26,711 bases of DNA, taken from positions 1 through 26,711 of the forward strand of contig DASCPX010000061.1 in NCBI GenBank assembly GCA_036012755.1. The letters are read 5' to 3'. Of this stretch, positions 1 through 6,309 are shown piece after piece. This stretch comes from Myxococcota bacterium. GTDB taxonomy: Bacteria > Myxococcota_A > UBA796 > CAJQPC01. Under the pieces are notes generated by a model, which did not search any database, was not told the DNA's origin, and saw only the letters and a list, made by a program, of their open reading frames with translations. How positions within the stretch are numbered: the stretch's first letter is position 1; every line of letters starts with the position of its first letter. A program made the position numbers and the translations under genes.

Positions 1-562
1 TGTAGTAGATGCTGCGAGAGTCCCGATCTCCGTCGACGCCCAGATCCAGGAGGAGCTGTGTCGTGAAGCGGCCCTCGATCACCCTGTCCGTGCGGGAGGC
101 GGTCTCGGCGTCCGAGCCCTCGCGGAAGGTCTCTACGCCCTCGAAGCGGCCCCACTCTTCGACGCTGTCCCCGGAGTCGGCGAGGGTTGACTCCTCCGTC
201 GAGGTGAAGTCGATGGTGGTGTCGATCTCACCGTCGGTGTCCACGTCGATCTCAGCCCGGGCCAGGGTGAGGCCGTCGTAGCTGAGCGTCCATTGGGCGA
301 TGCGGGAGTCGTAGACCTCGCGCAGCGGGTCGCCAGCGTCATTGCGCTCGATCGTGTAGTGCTCGGACCCCAGCGGCCACTGCTCGACCAGCAGTCCACC
401 CTCGTCGTAGCGAGCGGACGAGGTGCCAGCGGTGCCGGTCTGCTGCTCGGTGCAGCCTGCGTACGGCGAGACGGCCCAGAAGTGACTCTCCCAGGCTGGC
501 GGATCCGGCGAGGTGTCGGCCATGACCGGCGGGTCGCCCCCGCAAGCCAGCAGCCAGATCAC
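1..562 (-). CDS. Putative lipoprotein with YD/RHS-like beta-hairpin and DxDxDG motifs (runs off window edge)
   Basis: Not in the ORF track because it has no stop inside the window. Manual translation from GTG 562: MIWLLACGGDPPVMADTSPDPP...ARYDEGGLLVEQ...IERNDAGDPLREVYD...IDVDTDGEIDTTIDF...LGVDGDRDSRSIYY. LLAC lipobox; GTGA overlap with the upstream stop (559-561); in-frame TAG at 569-571 limits the start. Confidence 0.75.
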   Translation of the reverse strand, partial: MIWLLACGGDPPVMADTSPDPPAWESHFWAVSPYAGCTEQQTGTAGTSSARYDEGGLLVEQWPLGSEHYTIERNDAGDPLREVYDSRIAQWTLSYDGLTLARAEIDVDTDGEIDTTIDFTSTEESTLADSGDSVEEWGRFEGVETFREGSDAETASRTDRVIEGRFTTQLLLDLGVDGDRDSRSIYY

Positions 563-999
563 ACGTGCCTACCAACCAGCCCGGCCAGCCGCGGGATCGC
601 GGCCTTCGTGTGCTCGACGCCTTGGGGCCTGAGCTTGTCGTAGGCCTTCTTCATCGCTCGGTTCTGGGCGTGCCGAGCCCGCCCGTCCGTGATCGACAGC
701 AGGGCATTGGCGATCTCGCCATCCCGGCTCGAGAAGTAGCTCTCCAGCGTGCCGGAGCCAGAGGCCTTCCAGTCATCGTAGAAGGGGTCGATCTGCTTGG
801 CGAAGTCTGGCATCAAGTGGTCCAGCGCCATGCCGATGACCCCGGGTCGGATGGCCTTCACGGCCTTGAACCCCGCCTTCACCGCCAGGCCACGGAAGCC
901 CCGCTTGGACGCGACCTCCTCCTCGATGACAGCTATGCCGTCATCGATGATGGCCTTGCGCTTGCCGGGATCGTTCAACGCGTCACTCAGGGCACCCAT
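559..999 (-). CDS. Conserved hypothetical protein, DUF6918-like
   Basis: Pattern 'EEVASKRGFRGLAVKAGFKAVKAIRPG...LMPDFAKQIDPF...ANALLSITDGRA...YDKLRP...A.PRLA.LV' recognised from memory. GAGGTGGAG RBS precedes ATG 999 (alternative GTG 1005). Confidence 0.75.
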   Translation of the reverse strand: MGALSDALNDPGKRKAIIDDGIAVIEEEVASKRGFRGLAVKAGFKAVKAIRPGVIGMALDHLMPDFAKQIDPFYDDWKASGSGTLESYFSSRDGEIANALLSITDGRARHAQNRAMKKAYDKLRPQGVEHTKAAIPRLAGLVGRHV

Positions 1000-1007
1000 C
1001 TCCACCT

Positions 1008-2162
1008 CTACTGGAACACCACTTCACCATAGCCCTCGTCCCCCTGGCAGCGAGGAACGTAGGTCTGGCCACCGACCTCGCGGAACCAGGCCCCGACGTA
1101 CTGCTTGCCCTTGCATGACCAGCCGCTCTTGGAGCGCAGGGCCTTCTCGAAGCACTCGTAGCTTCGCTCCCAGTCCCGGTCGTTCTGGGCCTGGCAGATG
1201 TCGGTCCCCGGCACCCTCTCGGGTGAGGCGTCCTCGATGTAGGACTTCATGTAGTGGGGGATGGCGTCGCAGAGGATGTCCGCAGAGCCCTGGTTGGGCG
1301 AGGACTTCAGCACGGTCATGAGCGCGCTGCGGACGCCGGGGTCCTCCTCGACCTGGAAGGCCTTCTTCCGGAGGCAAGCGACGGCCTCGTCCCGCTTGGT
1401 GCCCTTGTAGTTGAGGATGGCCTGGCTGCGGACCTCGGGCGAGGCGTCCTCGAGCATCGCGCGACAGATCATCTGGTCGGACTCGGGCAGGTTGAGTCCC
1501 CGGACCGTCTTGAGCGCGGCGGCTCGGACGACACCGGAGCTGTCCTCTGTGACCGCACCGACGAGGGCGTCGACCACAGCCTGATCGACCTGGCCGACGA
1601 GGGCGGACGCGGCCGCGGCGCGGATGCTCTCGTCCCCGTCGTCGGTCAGGAGCTTCGTCATGAGCACGACGGCCTCGGCGTCCTTCGTTCCACCGAGACC
1701 CTTGAGCGCCGTCGCCCGGACCTCTGGGTCCTCTGTGGAGTCGGCGACGATCGACTTCAGGCTGGGGAGGACCGAGTCACCGCGGGTGCGCCCCAAGCCG
1801 GCGATCAGACCTTTCTTGTCTTCGATCGCGGGATCGTCCAGCGCCGGCAGGAAGCACTGCACGAGGTCGTCGCGCTCGGTGCTCTGCAGGCCCCCGAGGA
1901 TCGCCTCGTCCCAGGTGTGCTTCTCCGCGCTCCACGCGTACTCGCACATGCACTCGGTGGAGCTCTCCTCCGGGACCTCCGTCAGCCGCTCGGAGGCGTA
2001 CCGGCGCGTGTCGGCGTCCTTCATCTCGAGGCCCTTGCAGACGGTCTTGTAGAGCTCGCGCGCCATGGCGTCGTCGACGTCGCGGGACTCGACGTGGGCC
2101 GGCACCATCTCGCAGGCGGACAGGGACAAGACGCCGCACAGAGCGCCCAACAGCTTTCGCAT
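1008..2162 (-). CDS. HEAT-repeat lipoprotein with Cys-rich C-terminal domain
   Basis: MRKLLGALCGVLSLSAC lipobox; GGAGG RBS; repeated HEAT motifs (DPEVRATALKGLG, DESIRAAAASAL, SGVVRAAALKTV, SPEVRSQAI, DPGVRSALM). Start trimmed from the ORF-track 2324. Confidence 0.85.
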   Translation of the reverse strand: MRKLLGALCGVLSLSACEMVPAHVESRDVDDAMARELYKTVCKGLEMKDADTRRYASERLTEVPEESSTECMCEYAWSAEKHTWDEAILGGLQSTERDDLVQCFLPALDDPAIEDKKGLIAGLGRTRGDSVLPSLKSIVADSTEDPEVRATALKGLGGTKDAEAVVLMTKLLTDDGDESIRAAAASALVGQVDQAVVDALVGAVTEDSSGVVRAAALKTVRGLNLPESDQMICRAMLEDASPEVRSQAILNYKGTKRDEAVACLRKKAFQVEEDPGVRSALMTVLKSSPNQGSADILCDAIPHYMKSYIEDASPERVPGTDICQAQNDRDWERSYECFEKALRSKSGWSCKGKQYVGAWFREVGGQTYVPRCQGDEGYGEVVFQ

Positions 2163-2184
2163 GGATCCTCCCAGGACGGAGGGC

Positions 2185-2397
2185 CTAACCCTCTTCGGAG
2201 GCCTCGGCGCTCCGCGCGGCCTGCTCTTCGGCGACCATCTCGCGATACTTGTCACGCTTTGGCGCGTAGTAGGCGTCGGGAGCATCGGACGACGTGTCGG
2301 CCATTCCAGCGACGACCTTGCCACCGACCTTGTCCATCAGCCGCGTGTAGACGCCCTTCATCGCGTTCTTCAAGAGCTTCCTTCCGATCCCTGCCAT
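2185..2397 (-). CDS. Small hypothetical protein (70 aa), first gene of the minus-strand operon
   Basis: GC3-rich codons and natural composition; fills the gap before the HEAT gene; TAGGCT -10-like hexamer 6 nt upstream of the ATG. Confidence 0.65.
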   Translation of the reverse strand: MAGIGRKLLKNAMKGVYTRLMDKVGGKVVAGMADTSSDAPDAYYAPKRDKYREMVAEEQAARSAEASEEG

Positions 2398-2502
2398 GCA
2401 CCCAGCCTAAGGCCCACTACTCCCAGGCCGCAAGGCTTGTGCCATGTGCACAGGTCCTGAGCCCGATATGATGATGCCGGCTCCAGGAGTGCCCCCGGCT
2501 CG

Positions 2503-3219
2503 ATGACCGACGCCCCTCGTTTCCGGTTCTGGCTTCGACGTAGCCCGGGCGAGGATCCGACCTTCTCCGTCCGCTTCGAAGTGCGGCAGGGGAAGGGACT
2601 CTTGCGCGTCGCGCGCCCCGGCGTCCTGGTGGATCCTCCCGCGCGCCAGTCGGGCTACGAGGAGCGGCTGACAGCGGCCCAGGTTCGCGCGAGCCGCTTC
2701 CTGCATGTCTGGGACGCCGGCCGAAGGCGCCAGGGCTTCGTGCTCTCGCGCCTCTCCGACGAGATCCTCAGCGATCTCGCCCGGGAGCGCTGGGTGGAGA
2801 TGGGGCTCGAGAGCGACGGCGGCTTCTGCTGGCTGCTCCCCCGGGAGGACGCCGATCCCACCGACCACGACACCGACATCGATCCGGCGGAGGAGCCCAC
2901 GAGGGTCCTCGAGAACTTGATGCCCGACGACGTTGTCATCGAGGAGATCGTGGACCCGGAGAGCGAGCCGGACGCGACCATTCCGCTCCAGCTGCTGGAT
3001 CCCTTCGTCACCACCTTCGGCAAGGCCACGACGCTCGTGCGCCACATGCGGCGCGAGAAGGTCCGGGACGCCGGGACGATCAAGAACCTGGAGAGCCGTG
3101 TCACCGAGCTCGAGGACAAGCTCGAGGCAGCCCACAAGCGGGAGATCCAGCTCCGCACGCGGGTGGCCCGGTACCAGCGACGCCTCAAGGCGCGAGAGTC
3201 CGTTTCCCGCGAAGGTTGA
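2503..3219 (+). CDS. Hypothetical protein: N-terminal globular region, acidic Thr-containing linker, C-terminal coiled coil
   Basis: 238-aa ORF with heptad tail (IKNLESRVTELEDKLEAAHKREIQLRTRV); stop overlaps the kinase start (TTGA). Confidence 0.7.
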   Translation: MTDAPRFRFWLRRSPGEDPTFSVRFEVRQGKGLLRVARPGVLVDPPARQSGYEERLTAAQVRASRFLHVWDAGRRRQGFVLSRLSDEILSDLARERWVEMGLESDGGFCWLLPREDADPTDHDTDIDPAEEPTRVLENLMPDDVVIEEIVDPESEPDATIPLQLLDPFVTTFGKATTLVRHMRREKVRDAGTIKNLESRVTELEDKLEAAHKREIQLRTRVARYQRRLKARESVSREG

Positions 3220-4022
3220 GCAGCTCCGCCAACGAACGCTACAGCCTCGGGCCGATCATCGGACGGGGCGCTGGCGGTGTGATCCACGAGGCCTTCGATC
3301 ACGACCTCCAGCGCACGGTCGCCCTCAAGCTCCTCCGCCGCTCGGACTCCACCCCAGCTCAGCGGGTCCGCTTCGTCGTGGAGGCCCAGGTCCCCGCACA
3401 GCTCGAGCACCCGAACATCATCCCCGTCCACGACATCGGCCGGTCTCCGGAGGGCGACCTCTACTACGTGATGATGCGTGTCGAGGGCCACACCATGAAG
3501 GAGCTCCACAACGGCGAGGCGACGGCGGACACGCTGCTCCGAGTCCTCGACGGGGTCGCTCGGGGCATCGCCTTCGCCCATCACCGGGGCTTCCTCCACC
3601 GGGACCTGAAGCCCAGCAACGTCATGGTCGGCGCCTTTGGCGAGGTCCTCGTGCTCGACTGGGGCCTCGCCTGGGCGCCTCCCGGCTCGACCGCCCGTGA
3701 CGAGGCTGGCCCGATGAGCCTCGACGGCGACGTCATGGGGACCCTCGGCTACATGGCCCCGGAGCAGGCCCTCGGCGAGGTGGACCGCCAGGGTCCGGCC
3801 ACGGATGTCCACGCCCTCGGGGCGATGCTGCACGAGATCCTCACCGGCACGCCTCCGCGGCCAGCTCGCACGCTGGTCCAGCTGATCCCGCAGCTCTCTC
3901 GCCTGCCACCACCTGCGCCCGGGCCCCTCGGCGCCCTGGCGTTGCGCTGCCTCGCGCAGGACCCCCGAGCGCGTCCGGCCGACGGCGCCGAGTTCCAGGC
4001 GCTGATGGAGATGTCGCTGTAG
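3216..4022 (+). CDS. Hanks-type Ser/Thr protein kinase (catalytic domain only)
   Basis: GRGAGG, VALK, HPNI, HRDLKPSN, DWGLA, GTLGYMAPEQ, DVHALG and RARP motifs; TTG start coupled to the upstream stop. Confidence 0.93.
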   Translation: MSSSANERYSLGPIIGRGAGGVIHEAFDHDLQRTVALKLLRRSDSTPAQRVRFVVEAQVPAQLEHPNIIPVHDIGRSPEGDLYYVMMRVEGHTMKELHNGEATADTLLRVLDGVARGIAFAHHRGFLHRDLKPSNVMVGAFGEVLVLDWGLAWAPPGSTARDEAGPMSLDGDVMGTLGYMAPEQALGEVDRQGPATDVHALGAMLHEILTGTPPRPARTLVQLIPQLSRLPPPAPGPLGALALRCLAQDPRARPADGAEFQALMEMSL

Positions 4023-4061
4023 ACCTGCGGATTGCGGCCTCGCGGATACGCGCCAGCCGAT

Positions 4062-4130
4062 CGCCACAAAGTGTGGCGGATGGGACGGACAAGACAGGCT
4101 TCCCGGGCCGAAACGCCACAGTTTGTGGCG
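4062..4130. repeat. Pair of 17-bp palindromes CGCCACA-N3-TGTGGCG
   Basis: CGCCACAAAGTGTGGCG (4062-4078) and CGCCACAGTTTGTGGCG (4114-4130). The reverse complement of the second differs from the first at one base. Confidence 0.85.
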
Positions 4131-4145
4131 CTTCGCGTTCAGAAG

Positions 4146-4169
4146 GCTCAGCGGGCGAGCCCGCTGAGC
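4146..4169 (-). terminator. GC-rich hairpin overlapping the stop codon of the four-helix-bundle remnant; possible terminator
   Basis: Perfect 10-bp stem GCTCAGCGGG / CCCGCTGAGC with a 4-nt loop; only a weak U-tract (CTTCT) on the minus strand. Confidence 0.4.
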
Positions 4170-4404
4170 ATGGCGCCGATGCGCTGGAGGTCGCCCTGCA
4201 GCTCCGTGTCCAGGCGTAGCATCTGAGAAAGACCGCGAACACCTCGCCGGCGCTGCCCAGGGCGATTCGAAAGTGGTTCCTGCCAGCGGCCGTCTTCCGG
4301 CCCCGGCCGCAGCCCTCGGCGACGTTCAGGACGACGCTATCGGACGCCCGGATGGCCTGGTCCTTGAGGTGGCCTCGCCCCGATGGCCATCGGGTCGTCG
4401 CGAC
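4148..4404 (-). pseudogene. Four-helix-bundle protein (23S rRNA IVP / bAvd-like family) remnant, 5'-truncated and frameshifted
   Basis: Manual translation gives VATTRWPSGRGHLKDQAIRASDSVVLNVAEGCGRGRKTAAGRNHFRIALGSAGEVFAVF. After a frame change near 4222-4235 it continues MLRLDTELQGDLQRIGAMLSGLAR*. No ATG/GTG/TTG lies between the in-frame TGA at 4462-4464 and the conserved core. Confidence 0.8.
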
Positions 4405-4515
4405 CCTCTCGTTGACCGACAGGTCGAGGCCCGCACCCGAGGCTCGATCATCGGGCGTCGATCATCGAGATCGAGACTCGCCAGGCCGGGATCAACGTGC
4501 ACCAGCCTCCTAGCG

Positions 4516-5196
4516 CTAGTCGAGGAGCTGCCCTCGTGTCCGCACGGCCAGGCTCGGTTCGCGCAGGACCGGGCCTCCTGGGGCACGGGTCAGCTCATGG
4601 AGTGTGCGCTCCATCGCCTCTCGAGTCGATGGGGGCATGCCGCGCCGCACGATGCTGTCCTCTGGCATCGAGCGGAGGGCCTCTTTCTTCAGCTTCCGGC
4701 GGGCCCGCTGCAGCACGCCTCGCGCGCCGGATCGGTTCGTGAGACCCATCATCTCTGTGACCTCGTCGACCGACAGGCCGCCCTCGTAGTGCAGGAGCAT
4801 CGCCTCTCGCTCCTCAGCCGAGAGCTTGGACAGCGCCTCTCGCACGCCTCGGGCCCGCTCGCCGTGGGCCTGCTCCTCGATGGCGTCGTCGCGGGGGTCG
4901 ACGAGGCGGCTGCCGTCGTCGCCGGAGTCCTCGCGCATCTTCTCGAGCCAGTTGAGGCAGAGGTTGCGGGCGATGCGGTAGGTCCAGGTCGACCAGGCGC
5001 ACTGGCGCTTGAAGCGCGGGATGGACTTGAAGACGCGCAGCACCGCCTCCTGGGAGAGCTCGGCGGCCACCTCCCTGTCGCGGACGAGCCCGGAGCAGAC
5101 GGCGTGGATGCGGCCCAGTTGACCGATGATGAGCGCCTCGATCGCCTCAGGGTCCCCGTGCTCGACAGCGCGGGTCAGCAGAGTGTCGTCGCTCAC
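4516..5196 (-). CDS. ECF-family RNA polymerase sigma factor with ~50-aa C-terminal extension
   Basis: Region 2 (GDPEAIEAL, AELSQEAVLRVFKSIPRF, WSTWTYRIARNLCLN) and region 4 (ALSKLSAEEREAMLLHYEGGLSVDEVTEMMG...LQRARRKL); GTGA overlap with the upstream gene. Confidence 0.92.
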   Translation of the reverse strand: MSDDTLLTRAVEHGDPEAIEALIIGQLGRIHAVCSGLVRDREVAAELSQEAVLRVFKSIPRFKRQCAWSTWTYRIARNLCLNWLEKMREDSGDDGSRLVDPRDDAIEEQAHGERARGVREALSKLSAEEREAMLLHYEGGLSVDEVTEMMGLTNRSGARGVLQRARRKLKKEALRSMPEDSIVRRGMPPSTREAMERTLHELTRAPGGPVLREPSLAVRTRGQLLD

Positions 5197-6254
5197 TTTC
5201 GATGCCGGAGCAGGTGGAGCGGTGGGTCGGCGAGCGCGTCATCGCTGCTCGCGGGGGACAGGGCCTCGCCCTCTGGCAGGGTCTGGAACATGCCGCCGGC
5301 TTCGAGCAGGGCACGAAACTCGGTGCGTGGGCTGTCGGACAACAGCGCGTTGGCCACCCTCAGCTGGGTGGCGAGCACCGCGAGCAGGGTCTCGGCGAAG
5401 GCGCGCTGGGCCCTCTCGGGGAGCGCCTCCAGAGCATCGCGCGTCGTCGCAAATGCCCAGGCCGGAGTCTCGGTGACGCAGGTCGCGGTGCGAGGGAGGC
5501 CCTCGACGAAGCCGTTGAGCCCGAAGGGGTCTCCCGGTCCCAGGCGCGCGAGGAGCACCTCTCCGGATCCCGTGCGGCGAGTGACCCGGGCGCTTCCTTC
5601 TGCGAGGATCCAGACGCGACCGCTGTCCTCGTCGTCCTGGCTCAGCAGCGTCGTTGCCCCCCCGACGGGGAAGGGTCGGAAGGAGGACGCGATGGCCTCC
5701 AGCGAGGGTCCGTCGAGGTTGTTGAGGCCCGGGAGGACGCGGAGGTGTCCGACGAGGTCCGGTGGCTCGCCGCTGGGCGGCCGGGAGGGGGACACCTCCG
5801 GCAGCTCCGTGCACTGGCGCTGGGCAAGGAGGGCATCGGCGGCTCGCACGCGATGGGCGAGGGTGTCCAGTGCTGCCGCGAGCAGGGCGTCGTAGAGGGG
5901 GCTGGTCTGTCTGCGGAGCGCCAGGAGGCCGGCGCGGCGAAGTGTCAACAGCTGGGTCTCGCCGACGGAGCTCACCGACGCGCTGCGGCTGGCTCCCCTG
6001 AGGAAGGCGCTGACCTCGCCGAGCAGCTCCCCCGCAGCTGGGCGGGCGAGCTCGACGCCGAGCGCCGTGACGACGACCTCTCCATCCAGCAGGAGCGCCA
6101 GCTCGAAGCCGTCCCCTCCCTCCTCCCACAGCACGTCACCGTCCTGGAGGGTGCGCAGCGACCAGAAGGGCCGAGACGCATCGAGGACGTCGACCTCGAC
6201 GTCTTCGAAGATGGGCTGTGCGCGCAGACGGGCGACGAGAGGGGACTCCGACAT
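5193..6254 (-). CDS. Tandem cyclic-nucleotide-binding domain protein (no HTH)
   Basis: CNB-A: GDVLWEEG...LLLDGEV...GELLGEVS...RSASV. CNB-B: ILAEGSARV...LARLGPGDPFG...PRTATC. GAGGGG RBS before ATG 6254. Confidence 0.85.
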   Translation of the reverse strand: MSESPLVARLRAQPIFEDVEVDVLDASRPFWSLRTLQDGDVLWEEGGDGFELALLLDGEVVVTALGVELARPAAGELLGEVSAFLRGASRSASVSSVGETQLLTLRRAGLLALRRQTSPLYDALLAAALDTLAHRVRAADALLAQRQCTELPEVSPSRPPSGEPPDLVGHLRVLPGLNNLDGPSLEAIASSFRPFPVGGATTLLSQDDEDSGRVWILAEGSARVTRRTGSGEVLLARLGPGDPFGLNGFVEGLPRTATCVTETPAWAFATTRDALEALPERAQRAFAETLLAVLATQLRVANALLSDSPRTEFRALLEAGGMFQTLPEGEALSPASSDDALADPPLHLLRHRK

Positions 6255-6309
6255 CCCCTCCGTTTTAACTCCCCGCGGCACTCTTCGGGGATTAGAGGAG
6301 GGCGCTCGC

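Noticed and set aside
4222..4235. Programmed ribosomal frameshift in the four-helix-bundle gene
   Set aside because: There is no canonical slippery heptamer and the gene also lacks its 5' end, so decay or an assembly error is simpler.
4148..4404. Diversity-generating retroelement suggested by the Avd-like fold
   Set aside because: No reverse transcriptase and no template/variable repeat pair differing at adenines was seen in the window.
6262..6300. E. coli-type thrS operator (tRNA-Thr anticodon mimic) or T-box
   Set aside because: The stem loop lacks an anticodon-like CGU/UGU loop, there is no T-box consensus, and the intergenic space is too short.
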